64,000 nt of DNA. Origin: Candidatus Dojkabacteria bacterium. Its GTDB lineage: Bacteria; Patescibacteriota; Dojkabacteria; B142; WJKM01. Location of the stretch: contig WJKM01000019.1 of assembly GCA_014729085.1 (NCBI GenBank), forward strand, positions 836 through 64,835. Reading direction: 5' to 3'. The notes beneath the pieces were generated by a model. The model saw only the letters and a list, made by a program, of their open reading frames with translations. It was not told the origin of the DNA and made no database searches. The position numbers and the translations under genes were made by a program. This document shows positions 27,231 to 37,897 of this stretch, in pieces; the first letter of the stretch is position 1; each line of letters starts with the position of its first letter.

Positions 27231-27812
27231 ATGAAAAAATATATTGCAATAGTTGGAACAATTGCGGCCGGAAAAACCACTGCCTGCAAATATTTTCAAC
27301 AAAAAGGCTATATCCACTATAAACTGAGCCAAGGAATTTATGATGAAGCTGATAAAAGAGGACTTGACAGAACAGACAGAGTAATACTGCAAGACCTGGG
27401 AGATGAACTTAGAGAAAACCACGGAGTAGATGTACTTGCAAAGATTATTATCAAAAAAATTAAAAAAGATGATGACTCGAAAAAGTATGTGTTTGATAGC
27501 ATTAGAAATCATAATGAGATACTTACTTTACAAAAAGCTTTTGGTAAGGATCTAGTCGTAATAGCAATAGATGCCCCAATCAAGCTGAGGTATAAACGTG
27601 CTGTGGAACGCAAGGGTCAGTATAAAGAACAAAATCTTACCTTCCAAGAATTCAAAAAAAATAATGATAGAGATTTAGGAAAGGGAAATGCAGAAAATGA
27701 ACAAAACGTAATTAAATGCATAAGCCTTGCTGATTACAACGTACAAAATACAGGTAGTTTAAAGCAACTCAAATCTAAACTGGATAAAATATCCCAAAAG
27801 GAAAATGAATAA
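27231..27812 (+). CDS. P-loop nucleotide kinase (dephospho-CoA kinase / NMP kinase-like)
   Basis: GTIAAGKTT, DSIRNHNE and DAPIKLRYKR motifs. Confidence 0.78.
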   Translation: MKKYIAIVGTIAAGKTTACKYFQQKGYIHYKLSQGIYDEADKRGLDRTDRVILQDLGDELRENHGVDVLAKIIIKKIKKDDDSKKYVFDSIRNHNEILTLQKAFGKDLVVIAIDAPIKLRYKRAVERKGQYKEQNLTFQEFKKNNDRDLGKGNAENEQNVIKCISLADYNVQNTGSLKQLKSKLDKISQKENE

Positions 27813-28311
27813 TTACTTAAGATATACTCAAGCCTCTGTAACCAATTTTTTGCATTATGAGGATTATTATCTTTTTATCAAACGTAAAAATAACAAACGT
27901 ATAGATCCTGGACGGTTGAATGGTATTGGAGGTAGACTTGAGCAAGGGGAGAATTACTTGGATGCATGTATTAGAGAAACAAAAGAAGAAACAGGTCTAA
28001 ACCCAAATATTAACGACATAAAATTCTCAGGCCTTGTAAGACTTCAAGAAGGTTATAGCGAAGATTGGATCATGGGTTTTTTTAAAATTAAAGTTAAGTC
28101 AAAAAAGATACCAAAAAAACACACTGAGGATGGAAAATTAGTTTGGATAAAAAAAGACAAAGTACTAGAATCAAAATTTGAACTTGTAGATGATTTATAT
28201 TATTGCTTTAATGATATTGTAGAAGGAAAAAGTATTTTCTTCATAAGTGCTATTTTGGACGAAAACGAAAAAATCAAAAAAATTCAAAAAAATCTGTTAC
28301 CTGTATATTAA
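27805..28311 (+). CDS. NUDIX hydrolase
   Basis: GGRLEQGENYLDACIRETKEETGL Nudix box. Confidence 0.92.
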   Translation: MNNYLRYTQASVTNFLHYEDYYLFIKRKNNKRIDPGRLNGIGGRLEQGENYLDACIRETKEETGLNPNINDIKFSGLVRLQEGYSEDWIMGFFKIKVKSKKIPKKHTEDGKLVWIKKDKVLESKFELVDDLYYCFNDIVEGKSIFFISAILDENEKIKKIQKNLLPVY

Positions 28312-28402
28312 CTAAGATACTATACTTTTTTTTACTGCCCGATGTACGCGATTTTTTTATTCAATAATTTCTTAACTTTATATATTATCTTTCTAATTAA
28401 TA

Positions 28403-29041
28403 ATGTCTAAAGGAAAATACATAATTTTTGAGGGCATAGTCGGTACAGGTAAAAGTACTCAATCCAAACAAATTTACAGCTATCTAGAAGATAAATATCC
28501 TAATAAAAAATTTATATGGACATTTGAGCCAGGAGGATCTGAAATAGCAGATGAAATTAGAAGGGTTGTGCAAGCAACAGAATACGAGGAGAAAATGGAT
28601 CCTATTTGTGAAGCCTATTTATATGCTTCTTCAAGAGCACAAACAATAAGAAAAATTATTAAACCAAATTTAGAAAAAGGAAATATTGTGATTGCCGATC
28701 GAAGTTTTTTAACAAGCATTGCTTACCAGGGTTTTGCCCGAGAATTGGGCCCTGAATTAATTTTAAAAATAAATGAATCTGCATTAGATGATTGTTTTCC
28801 TGACTTAGTACTTTTTCTCGATCTTGATATTAAACCTGCTCTACAACGTACTTTTGACTTTGATGGTGATAAGTTCGAAAAAGAAAGCGTTGATTTTTTT
28901 AAAAAAGCACTTAAAGGCTATAAATATGCCTCTCAATTATCTAAGCTTAAGAATAAATGGGTAACGATTAATGCCAGAGGCAACATTGACGAAGTATACC
29001 AAAGGATTATTAAGGTCTTGAATAAGAGACTAGAATTCTGA
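28403..29041 (+). CDS. tmk: Thymidylate kinase
   Basis: FEGIVGTGKSTQ, EPGG and ADRS..TSIAYQG motifs. Confidence 0.94.
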   Translation: MSKGKYIIFEGIVGTGKSTQSKQIYSYLEDKYPNKKFIWTFEPGGSEIADEIRRVVQATEYEEKMDPICEAYLYASSRAQTIRKIIKPNLEKGNIVIADRSFLTSIAYQGFARELGPELILKINESALDDCFPDLVLFLDLDIKPALQRTFDFDGDKFEKESVDFFKKALKGYKYASQLSKLKNKWVTINARGNIDEVYQRIIKVLNKRLEF

Positions 29042-29110
29042 TTTTTTTCAAATCCTGCTAGAATATATAAAATTATATCTATTGACTTTATACTTATTAA
29101 AAATTTATAA

Positions 29111-29704
29111 ATGCAAAATAATGTATTTGAAGAAACGCCTACAATTGTGGTCTTTGCAGGAACTCACTATGGAAATGACAGCGGATTCCAATATTTAGCA
29201 TACGAAACCGGCAAACTCATTGCTGAATCTGGTTTTAATTTGGCAAATGGAGCAGGACTCGGGCTTATGGAAGAGGTAAGTAAAGGAGCAAAAGATGCAG
29301 GAGGTAGGGTTTTTGGAGTTGGACTCAAGGGTCAATCTCCCAATCAATACCTCGATGTATATCACGAAAGAGTTGGTATTCACTCAAGACAAAGTTACCT
29401 CTTCAGTAGGGGAGATGCCTTTATTGCTCTACCCGGTGGTATGGGAACGCTTTATGAAACAATCGAAACCGCTGAACTCAAAAAACTCTCCGAAGTTGAA
29501 CAGGAACCATTAATCATTATTAACTATAAAGGTTTTTATAATGATTTGAAATATCAATTAGAAAAAATGAGAAATAGTGGATTTATTGTACACGCACTCG
29601 ATCGATATATCGAATTTGTAGAGGAACCAACTGAAGCAATAAGAATAATTAAACAATTCTATAAAATGAATTCCAAACTTGAAAATAAGGCAAACTCCAA
29701 GTAA
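29111..29704 (+). CDS. LOG family (TIGR00730-like) nucleotide phosphoribohydrolase
   Basis: GLME and AFIALPGGMGTLYE (PGGxGTxxE) motifs. Confidence 0.9.
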   Translation: MQNNVFEETPTIVVFAGTHYGNDSGFQYLAYETGKLIAESGFNLANGAGLGLMEEVSKGAKDAGGRVFGVGLKGQSPNQYLDVYHERVGIHSRQSYLFSRGDAFIALPGGMGTLYETIETAELKKLSEVEQEPLIIINYKGFYNDLKYQLEKMRNSGFIVHALDRYIEFVEEPTEAIRIIKQFYKMNSKLENKANSK

Positions 29705-29710
29705 TTAATA

Positions 29711-30061
29711 CTATTCAAGAGGACGGCCTTCTAAATGAGATATAAATTCCATTATTCTTAACTTTGCTTCTGATATGATTTCTGCTTTATCAGATGAACG
29801 GAAATTTATTTCATATTTTCCCGGAATTGTATTTTCATAAAAATAGACAATGATACCGAAATAGTCTAATTCGGTTCCTTTAAGCTCTTCATAGCTTTTA
29901 CCAAACTCTTCTTCAACATTTCGGATAGTTAAATCATCAAATTCTGCGGTTATATTTACCAGAACTGTATCGTCTACTTTCTTTTCATTATTGTTATTAT
30001 TCTCGTTTTCTGGTATATAATTTGTTTCGGCAGGGGAAATACCAACCATATCTGCATGCAA
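29711..30061 (-). CDS. Hypothetical protein
   Basis: 116-aa acidic ORF filling the intergenic gap. Confidence 0.55.
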   Translation of the reverse strand: MHADMVGISPAETNYIPENENNNNNEKKVDDTVLVNITAEFDDLTIRNVEEEFGKSYEELKGTELDYFGIIVYFYENTIPGKYEINFRSSDKAEIISEAKLRIMEFISHLEGRPLE

Positions 30062-30110
30062 TATTTAAAATACTGAGAGTAAATTAATTGTATTATACTA
30101 ATTGTCATAA

Positions 30111-31202
30111 ATGAAAGAAAATTATTTAAACCAAATTTCAAAACCCATAATAGGACTTGCACCAATGGATGGAGTTACTGATGCTCCATTTAGGTATATT
30201 CATTCAAAATATGGGAATCCTCCTCCAGATATAATTTACACTGAATTTGTTTCAACTGAAGGCATAATAAGAGGAATTGAAAGATTATTTGAGAAATTAA
30301 TTTGGCATGATTTTAAAATACCAATTATTGCTCAGATTTTTGGAAATCGACCACAAGCGTTTTTTGAAGCAGCCCAAATTATTTGTGAATTTGGTTTTGC
30401 AGGAGTAGATATCAATATGGGATGCCCAGCAAGAAACATTGCTAAAAAAGGAGGAGGAGCAAGCTTAATTTCAACACCCAAATTAGCTAAAAGCATAGTT
30501 GAATATACAAACCAAGGAATTGAATATTGGGTGGAAAACGGCTTGACTCCAAATGGAGACTTTTTAGATCAGAAAGTGGTAGACAAGGTAAATAGATTTA
30601 TTGAAGACAAAAAGTTAAAGAAAAATATACCCAGAAAAAAAATACCTGTATCAATAAAAACACGTATAGGAATAAAAGAACCAATAACAGAAAACTGGAC
30701 CCAACAATTAATAAAAATGGAACCTTCGGTAATTTCTATGCATGGTAGAACATTAAAGCAAGCATATAAAGGTGAGGCAGATTGGCAAGAATTAGCTAAG
30801 GCTTCTAGATTAATTAATAATAATTCCGGTATTTTATTTTTTGCAAATGGGGATGTTACTAATCCTGATTCAGCAAAAAAATGTTTAGAGGTAACAAATG
30901 CGGATGGACTTTTAATTGGAAGAGCTGCCTATGGCAATCCATGGATTATTGGTAATATTATCAATTCACTGAGAGGCAAGAAAACTGCACAAAGATCTCA
31001 GCAATCTTTGAAAAAAGTAATGATTGAACATGCTCAAGTATATAACCAAACAAAAAGTCCGAAAAGTTTTTATGAAATGAGGAAACATCTTGCCTGGTAT
31101 ATTAAGAATAAACCAAATGCTTCTCAATTGAGATCTGCTCTTGTTAAGGTGAACAACATAAATGATTTAGAACAGATAATCAATAAATTTCAAATTTCAT
31201 AA
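30111..31202 (+). CDS. tRNA-dihydrouridine synthase family protein
   Basis: LAPMDGVTD, DINMGCP, SIKTRIG, HGRT, ANGD and IGRAA motifs. Confidence 0.94.
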   Translation: MKENYLNQISKPIIGLAPMDGVTDAPFRYIHSKYGNPPPDIIYTEFVSTEGIIRGIERLFEKLIWHDFKIPIIAQIFGNRPQAFFEAAQIICEFGFAGVDINMGCPARNIAKKGGGASLISTPKLAKSIVEYTNQGIEYWVENGLTPNGDFLDQKVVDKVNRFIEDKKLKKNIPRKKIPVSIKTRIGIKEPITENWTQQLIKMEPSVISMHGRTLKQAYKGEADWQELAKASRLINNNSGILFFANGDVTNPDSAKKCLEVTNADGLLIGRAAYGNPWIIGNIINSLRGKKTAQRSQQSLKKVMIEHAQVYNQTKSPKSFYEMRKHLAWYIKNKPNASQLRSALVKVNNINDLEQIINKFQIS

Positions 31203-31282
31203 TTTTACTCTTGACAGAGAACGATTCTATCTATTAATCTACAGAAGAAAAAGCTATTACCTTAACATTTTAATCTTGAAAC

Positions 31283-31432
31283 ATGGATGACGACGGATGG
31301 GCATATGATGCAGAAGACGCACAATTTGAAAAAGATTACAATGAATATATCAATGATGAAGATGATGAAGGTTATAATGACTATGTAGATGATTATGTAA
31401 AAAACGGGGAATCAATCAGAATAGATGATTAA
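31283..31432 (+). CDS. Small highly acidic protein (49 aa), not in ORF track
   Basis: MDDDGWAYDAEDAQFEKDYNEYINDEDDEGYNDYVDDYVKNGESIRIDD; TTGACA at 31211. Confidence 0.6.
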   Translation: MDDDGWAYDAEDAQFEKDYNEYINDEDDEGYNDYVDDYVKNGESIRIDD

Positions 31433-31535
31433 TTAAATCTTCTTTATACATATTCCATTTATTTGGTTATAATACGAAGTATTTTCTTGTTATTTTATTT
31501 ACTCAAAGACAAATTTTATTTTTTTAAATATATTA

Positions 31536-32567
31536 ATGGATAATAAACAATACAATTATAAACATGAAACTGACTCTGACTCTGTCACTAAAATTGAGGT
31601 TAAAATTGATAAAAACCTCTTTAATAAAGAAAAAACAAAAACCTTACAAGTTCTAGCAAAAGATGTTGATCTCAAAGGATTCAGACCTGGTAAAGCACCA
31701 CAGAATGTAATTGAAACAAAGCTAGGTCCTAAGTTATATGAAGAAACCTTGAATAATATACTTCCTCAAGTTACATATGAAATCATCACAGAACTAGAGA
31801 TGGAGCCAATATCACGAGTAGATTACAAAGTAACAAAATATGAACCGGAAACAGGATTAGAATTCGAGGCTTCCTTCACCGCATTTCCGGAAATCAAAAT
31901 AGGAAACTTAAAGAAAATTAAAGTTGAAAAAGAGGAGACCAAAATTACATCAGAAGATATCCAAAAGGTTATTGACAACATGTTTAAAGATTATCAAGAA
32001 AAAAATGAGAAACAGAAAGATAAAATTTCAAAACCTAATGACGAATGGGTAAAAAAATTAGGTATGGAGAATATTAATAATTTAGAAGAATTAAAAGAAC
32101 AGATTAAACTCACTTTAGAAAACCAAAGAAAGGTATTGAATCAAGAAAAATATACAAAACAAATACTTGAAAAAGCAATTGAACTAAGTAATATCAAAGC
32201 ACCTAAACAACTAGTCGACGCAGAATTGGATCTTAGAGAAAAAGATTACTCTAAAAGAATTGAGGATCTAGGACTAAAGATTGAAGATTTTCTAAAAAGT
32301 CAAAATACTACAATGGAAAAATTAAAAAAAGATTGGAGAGAAGAAACTGAAAATAAAATCAAGATCGAATTACTTCTTATTCAAGCCATTAAAGATAACA
32401 AATTTAAAGTTTCAGAAGAAGAAGTGGAAAAGGAATTGGATAAAATCAAAGATCAGAACTTAAAAAAGGAATATTCAACAAAACAAGGAAAACAAAAGAT
32501 ACAAAGTACAATCTTGAAACAAAAAGCTTTAAATTGGATAATCAACCAATCTGAAGAGAAGAAGTAG
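31536..32567 (+). CDS. tig: Trigger factor (lacking PPIase domain)
   Basis: GFRPGKAP signature; only 343 aa. Confidence 0.92.
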   Translation: MDNKQYNYKHETDSDSVTKIEVKIDKNLFNKEKTKTLQVLAKDVDLKGFRPGKAPQNVIETKLGPKLYEETLNNILPQVTYEIITELEMEPISRVDYKVTKYEPETGLEFEASFTAFPEIKIGNLKKIKVEKEETKITSEDIQKVIDNMFKDYQEKNEKQKDKISKPNDEWVKKLGMENINNLEELKEQIKLTLENQRKVLNQEKYTKQILEKAIELSNIKAPKQLVDAELDLREKDYSKRIEDLGLKIEDFLKSQNTTMEKLKKDWREETENKIKIELLLIQAIKDNKFKVSEEEVEKELDKIKDQNLKKEYSTKQGKQKIQSTILKQKALNWIINQSEEKK

Positions 32568-32595
32568 GATCATTATATTTGATTGATTAAGCAAA

Positions 32596-33717
32596 TTGAG
32601 AATTTCATTTCTTAAACTTACCAACTTTAAAAATATAAGTGGGGAATTTTCTCTATCTCCGTCAATAAATCTGGTTATAGGCAAAAATGGGACGGGCAAA
32701 ACAAATTTTTTAGAATCTATTTATTATCTCTCTCGTACCCAATCATTTAGAAATAACAACGATAGAACCCTGATTCAGAGGGATACAAAGATTAATTATT
32801 GCAAAGTAGAAGCAAAAGTAGAAAAAACTGATTCTTCTATGCTTACTGAAGAAAAAAAACTTACTTATATAATTGCCGACGATATTGGAATATTAAAGAA
32901 AAAATTTTTAATTAGTGGTGTAAAAAAAACCACATCTGAATTTATTAACTATATTCCCTGCATCTTGTTCCTTCCTCAAAATATTGACCTAATTAGTGGC
33001 TCACCTGATGGAAGGCGGAGGGAAATCGACGACTTTCTTTCAATTATATATCCAGATTTCAGTGATATTGAACTAGAGTATAGAAAGATACTAAAAAATC
33101 GTAACAAACTACTAAAACAGATAAGGAAAGGAAGTGCCAAAAAAAATGAACTCGAATATTGGAATGAAGGTTTGATTCAAAAGGGATCAAAAATTATTTC
33201 TTTAAGACTGAAGACTTTACAGGCTTTTCTTCCAAATGTAAAAACATTTGCAGAAAAGCTTTTTAGAACTGATCTTCAAGATTTAAAATTTAGATATAAA
33301 TCAAAATTAGCAAGTAATGAAAAAACCACCCTTGAAGATATAAGCAATACTTTCGAGTATAAAATTAATAATGGACAAATCAAAGAAATAAATGCAGGGA
33401 TGACACTTTACGGCCCCCAACGAGATGATATTGATTTCTTAAATAAACATGGGAGTCTTTCTGAATTTGCATCCCGAGGTGAACAAAGGCTTGTTTCCTT
33501 TATTTTCAAACTTGTAATGTTTGAATTCTATAAAAATAAACATGAAACCAATCCAATCTTACTACTTGATGATATTATGTCCGAACTTGATCAAAACCAT
33601 AGGAAAAAAGTAGAAGAAACACTGAAGAATCTAGATACTCAGGTGATCGCAACGAGTACCACTAAAGAAGATTTTACACAAAAGTTTTTAGGAACTGCCA
33701 ACACCCTGATTTTTTGA
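32596..33717 (+). CDS. recF: DNA replication/repair protein RecF
   Basis: GKNGTGKTN, GPQRDD, SRGEQR and LLLDDIMSELD motifs. Confidence 0.95.
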   Translation: MRISFLKLTNFKNISGEFSLSPSINLVIGKNGTGKTNFLESIYYLSRTQSFRNNNDRTLIQRDTKINYCKVEAKVEKTDSSMLTEEKKLTYIIADDIGILKKKFLISGVKKTTSEFINYIPCILFLPQNIDLISGSPDGRRREIDDFLSIIYPDFSDIELEYRKILKNRNKLLKQIRKGSAKKNELEYWNEGLIQKGSKIISLRLKTLQAFLPNVKTFAEKLFRTDLQDLKFRYKSKLASNEKTTLEDISNTFEYKINNGQIKEINAGMTLYGPQRDDIDFLNKHGSLSEFASRGEQRLVSFIFKLVMFEFYKNKHETNPILLLDDIMSELDQNHRKKVEETLKNLDTQVIATSTTKEDFTQKFLGTANTLIF

Positions 33718-34083
33718 ATCCTTTGTGTTTTTTACTTTCAAATCCGGAAACATTTTCCCAAATATAATGTCTTCGTCTAGAAAGTTAAAGAAGTCAATAG
33801 CATCATCTTTACTTATAGGAGGCATATTTGCAAATTTTTCTACTTCCTTTGCATCTTTTAAATCAAGTACAAGTGGCATCCTTTGACTCCCTACCCCAAC
33901 ATTATTTGTAAAAGCATTAATTACATATGTATTTCCGCATTTCGAGCAGTTCAAATGAATCAATGCTGAATTATCAGCAGCCTTCAAAATCTTAAAACTA
34001 TCTGGCGTATATCTCTGTCCACAGTTATCACAGAATTTTGGTGTTACCTTTCTTATATTTTTTAACAATTGCTTGTCTGACAT
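33688..34083 (-). CDS. Zinc-ribbon hypothetical protein
   Basis: CDNC...CSKC pairs. Confidence 0.7.
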   Translation of the reverse strand: MSDKQLLKNIRKVTPKFCDNCGQRYTPDSFKILKAADNSALIHLNCSKCGNTYVINAFTNNVGVGSQRMPLVLDLKDAKEVEKFANMPPISKDDAIDFFNFLDEDIIFGKMFPDLKVKNTKDSKNQGVGSS

Positions 34084-34199
34084 TTATATAATATTCATTA
34101 AGTTATCTAATCTTATTATAAACTAATTTAACGATTCGTCAAAACTTTTCAAATATAATAACGCGGAAAATCTATACGTATCATATGGGGATCACTACT

Positions 34200-34568
34200 T
34201 TACTTGTTATTGATTGCATTTTGAACTGTAAGAAGACCTAAATGAGCGCATTTTTTACGCGAAGGTGAAAGTTCTATACCAATCAATTTCTCTACATTCG
34301 ATATATCTAGTTTACTTATATAATCCAATGTTTTTCCTTTTATATCCTCAAATGTCATGGAGGCGCTGGCAAGACATATTGCACATCCTTTTCCCTGAAA
34401 TTTAATATCCGACAATTTATCATCTTTAACCCTTAGATATACCTTTATCTCGTCCCCACATGAAATATTCTCCAGTTCAGATGTGTGCGTAGGATTATCC
34501 ATCTCTCCTTCATTTCGTGGGTTTTTATAATGGTCAAGCATTTGCTGTCTATACATTTGGTTGGACAT
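34200..34568 (-). CDS. sufU: SufU/IscU-like Fe-S scaffold protein
   Basis: DHYKNPRN, NISCGD, GCAICLASAS and RKKCA motifs. Confidence 0.9.
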   Translation of the reverse strand: MSNQMYRQQMLDHYKNPRNEGEMDNPTHTSELENISCGDEIKVYLRVKDDKLSDIKFQGKGCAICLASASMTFEDIKGKTLDYISKLDISNVEKLIGIELSPSRKKCAHLGLLTVQNAINNK

Positions 34569-34645
34569 GGTTTATATTGTTTAAAATTGTTTAAATCTAC
34601 TTAATCGTCTTGGTCTGCAAGAATCTGTGACTATTATTCTCAATT

Positions 34646-35863
34646 TTATTTAAAAATACCTATCACTTTTTTCAAAGCTCTAATAAGTTTATCTATATCA
34701 TCCTCATCATTATATATACCAATACTAGCTCTAGTAGTCGCTTGTACATCCAAGACACTTTTCATTAAAACTTGACAACAATGATGTCCTGCTCTCACAG
34801 CAACTCCCTCATCTGCCAATATTTGAGCAATATCATGAGAATGAACGCCTTCCAGATCAAAAGAAAAGACTCCCTGTCTGTTTTTTAAAATATCTGGCCC
34901 AAACAGAGTTAGTTCTGGAATTTCCTTCAGACGAGCATATGCATATTCCTTTATTTCATTTTCATGTTTGATTATTTTTTTATATCCAACTTCTGACACA
35001 TATTTCAAAGCTTCTCCTAATCCAATAGCATCAGCAATATTTGGTGTACCGGCTTCATATTTCTCTGGAATTTCGGCCCAAATGGAATCATCGGAATTTA
35101 CAACCCGAATCATACCGCCACCATATCTAAATGGGATCATTTCCTTTACCAAAATCTCCTCTTTAGCCCAAAGAACTCCAATACCAGTTGGACCATATAC
35201 TTTATGTCCTGAAAAAGCTACAAAGTCAACTCCCAGATCCTGAACATCTACAGGTAAATGAGGGATTCCTTGTGCTGAGTCTAGTAAAATCCTTGTATCT
35301 GGAGAATGCTTTTTCACAATCTCTATAATCTTTTTTACAGGATTAATAGTACCTAAAACATTGGAGACATGTGTGAAAGAAAAAAGAATTGGCTTGAATT
35401 TTTTAATTTTATTTTGAATATCTGACAAATCAAGTTTAAAATTATCCCTAACCTTGATTAAATCAAAATTTACATCTGTCCGCATTTTACAAATCTGCTG
35501 CCACGGTACTAAATTTGAATGGTGTTCCATTTGAGTTGACAAAACCGTATCACCTTTTGTTACATTTCGTAACAACCATGAATAAGCTACAAAATTGATT
35601 GAATCCGTAGTGCCTCCTGTGAAAATAATTTCCTTTTCAGAGTTTGCATTTATAAATTCTTTTACAATATTCCTTGTTTTTTCATATTCTTGAGTAGCAT
35701 TTTCTGAAAGTTCATATATGCCTCTGTGAACATTAGCATTTTCATATTCATAGTATTTTTTTAGTCTATCGATTACACTTTGTGGCTTTTGGGAAGTTGC
35801 TCCTGAGTCAAGATATACTAAATTGGGATTATTCTTAAAAATAGGGAAATCCTTTTTGTTCAT
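34646..35863 (-). CDS. sufS: Cysteine desulfurase SufS
   Basis: YLDSGATSQKP, MEHHSN, SGHK and RAGHHC motifs. Confidence 0.96.
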   Translation of the reverse strand: MNKKDFPIFKNNPNLVYLDSGATSQKPQSVIDRLKKYYEYENANVHRGIYELSENATQEYEKTRNIVKEFINANSEKEIIFTGGTTDSINFVAYSWLLRNVTKGDTVLSTQMEHHSNLVPWQQICKMRTDVNFDLIKVRDNFKLDLSDIQNKIKKFKPILFSFTHVSNVLGTINPVKKIIEIVKKHSPDTRILLDSAQGIPHLPVDVQDLGVDFVAFSGHKVYGPTGIGVLWAKEEILVKEMIPFRYGGGMIRVVNSDDSIWAEIPEKYEAGTPNIADAIGLGEALKYVSEVGYKKIIKHENEIKEYAYARLKEIPELTLFGPDILKNRQGVFSFDLEGVHSHDIAQILADEGVAVRAGHHCCQVLMKSVLDVQATTRASIGIYNDEDDIDKLIRALKKVIGIFK

Positions 35864-36029
35864 TACAATAATTTAATAAGTATTGATATGGAGAAAATTT
35901 ATAAATTATATTCTTATACTATCTAAGTTTAATCCGGGATCTCACTCCTATGAACAAAACCCCTGCTTCCTAGAAAGACATAAGAGAAATGTAATAATTT
36001 TACAATTTTCCTGATCCAGTATAATCTTA

Positions 36030-36536
36030 TCACAATTCAATTTTTTCCAATTCTTTCTCAAATCCGATTGGAACATAGCCTTCAAACTTTTTCTCAATAT
36101 CTTTAATAAAACCTGAAGCTATTACTTTTTCAGCCTTCTTCTTTGAAAAACCTCTTGACTCAAGATAAAAAAGCTGTTCAGGGTCAACGGAACCGATAGT
36201 TGTGCTATGCGAAGCTTTTATGTCATCTTCATGTATTTCCATACTTGGAAGTACTTTTGCAGACGAATTCTTAGAAACTAGCAATACTTCAATTTTCAAG
36301 TCAGTTTTAATATTCTTTATCCCTTTGTCTACTTTTACCAGGCAATCTAAATCCAATGAGGATTGGTCGAAAAGGACAGCTTTAATCAAAATCATAGATT
36401 CTTCTTTAGGCTCGGTTAACTCGAATTTTAATTTGGATTTTATTGATTTATTGTTAAATCCAATAAAATAAGCAAAATAGTTACCTGAACTAATTTTAAT
36501 TGTCTGGTCTTTTATTTCAAATTTTTTTACTTTCAT
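36030..36536 (-). CDS. sufD: Short SufD-like protein (C-terminal part only)
   Basis: PSMEIHEDDIKASHSTTIG...QLFYLESRG. Confidence 0.8.
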   Translation of the reverse strand: MKVKKFEIKDQTIKISSGNYFAYFIGFNNKSIKSKLKFELTEPKEESMILIKAVLFDQSSLDLDCLVKVDKGIKNIKTDLKIEVLLVSKNSSAKVLPSMEIHEDDIKASHSTTIGSVDPEQLFYLESRGFSKKKAEKVIASGFIKDIEKKFEGYVPIGFEKELEKIEL

Positions 36537-36602
36537 ACTTAATTATAATTCATTTATTCATAACGGGAAAATATTCTAGATAGAAGCAATATGGAGAATT
36601 TT

Positions 36603-37346
36603 TCAGACTTCGTGTCCTAAACTCCAAAGAAAATTAAAGAGGTTATCATAAGTTTCTGCAAATTCTGAACTTACGATTTTAATTATAAATTTTGAACTTC
36701 CCCTAGGTGTAATCCAAACAGTTTTGCCATAATTGAAAAGTCCAGAAACCAATGGTTTCATACCTTTTAAGTATTTTACTTCTCTTAGGAATTTTTTATT
36801 GTTATGTTTTGTATATCTGTCTCCCAAATCAAGAATCCCCTCTGAGCTTATTATTTGATTTCTAATTCCCTTATCTCGTCTTCTTTTCTGATAACCATCT
36901 ATACGATTCCCATAACTTTCATGTGTAGTACTCATATCCCCTATGTATCTTGTTAATCTGTTTGTGTTATTGATTAAGGATTCTTCATGTAGCTTATAAA
37001 TTCCCTCTTTGTGTTCAAAAAAAATTACTTGAGAATCTGAGCTTTCCTTTTTGTAAATTTCCTGGAGGCTGTTTACTAAATTCTTGCAAGATTGTAATTT
37101 TTTTTCTTGAATATCTATTATCGTATTCGGAGGCTCTGCAAAATAAGTAGGCTTTCCTTTATCGAAACCCTTTCTTACTAAGCCAAGCTCACATAAACTA
37201 TTCAAATGCCCGTAAACTGTTGTTCTTGGTATTTCTACCTCCTCTGCAATAATTTGGGCACGTCCTTTTCCAAGTTCTAGAATTTTCAAGTACGTGTTGA
37301 TTTCATTCGTATTTACCCCAAAATCTAATAATAATTTTTTTATCAT
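36603..37346 (-). CDS. TrmB-family transcriptional regulator
   Basis: YLKILELG...IPRTTVYGHL..L..LGLV HTH. Confidence 0.85.
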   Translation of the reverse strand: MIKKLLLDFGVNTNEINTYLKILELGKGRAQIIAEEVEIPRTTVYGHLNSLCELGLVRKGFDKGKPTYFAEPPNTIIDIQEKKLQSCKNLVNSLQEIYKKESSDSQVIFFEHKEGIYKLHEESLINNTNRLTRYIGDMSTTHESYGNRIDGYQKRRRDKGIRNQIISSEGILDLGDRYTKHNNKKFLREVKYLKGMKPLVSGLFNYGKTVWITPRGSSKFIIKIVSSEFAETYDNLFNFLWSLGHEV

Positions 37347-37500
37347 GTGGAAAAATTTCGTCTAAAATAATCTCGAATGGGCTTATTAGACGTCAATTAT
37401 AACAGTATACTAAAATTTTGTCGACATTTTTAGATTTGGTTTATAAAAAATTATAAAATATCTTTCATCCTAGAATATATTTATTTCAAATAAAGAAAAC

Positions 37501-37725
37501 ATGAGAAATAAGCTATTAGACGATATCAAAACTATGAAAACAAGAATAAGTAATATATACAGAAAAACAAAAAATCTAGAAAATTTTAATAAATTAAATC
37601 ATAAGGAATTACAAGAAGTGATACTAGAAATAAAAACTCTACAAAGAGACGTATTTATGCTTAAAAGTCAATATGTTGAATATAGTCAACTAACACAAAA
37701 AATATCTGATAATAATATTAATTGA
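37501..37725 (+). CDS. Small coiled-coil hypothetical protein
   Basis: 74-aa ORF divergent from the TrmB gene. Confidence 0.5.
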   Translation: MRNKLLDDIKTMKTRISNIYRKTKNLENFNKLNHKELQEVILEIKTLQRDVFMLKSQYVEYSQLTQKISDNNIN

Positions 37726-37897
37726 CTTAATTAAGAGTGATTTCCTTGTTTCATTATATTTATTCTAAAAATTAATAACTGTTAGTTTATCTGGAATAAA
37801 TATTTAAAAACATTCAAAACAATGTGGTATTTAGTACCACAGGCAATTGACTTATAGTATACAAACTTTGTATAATATGTTTTTAATATTTTTAAAT

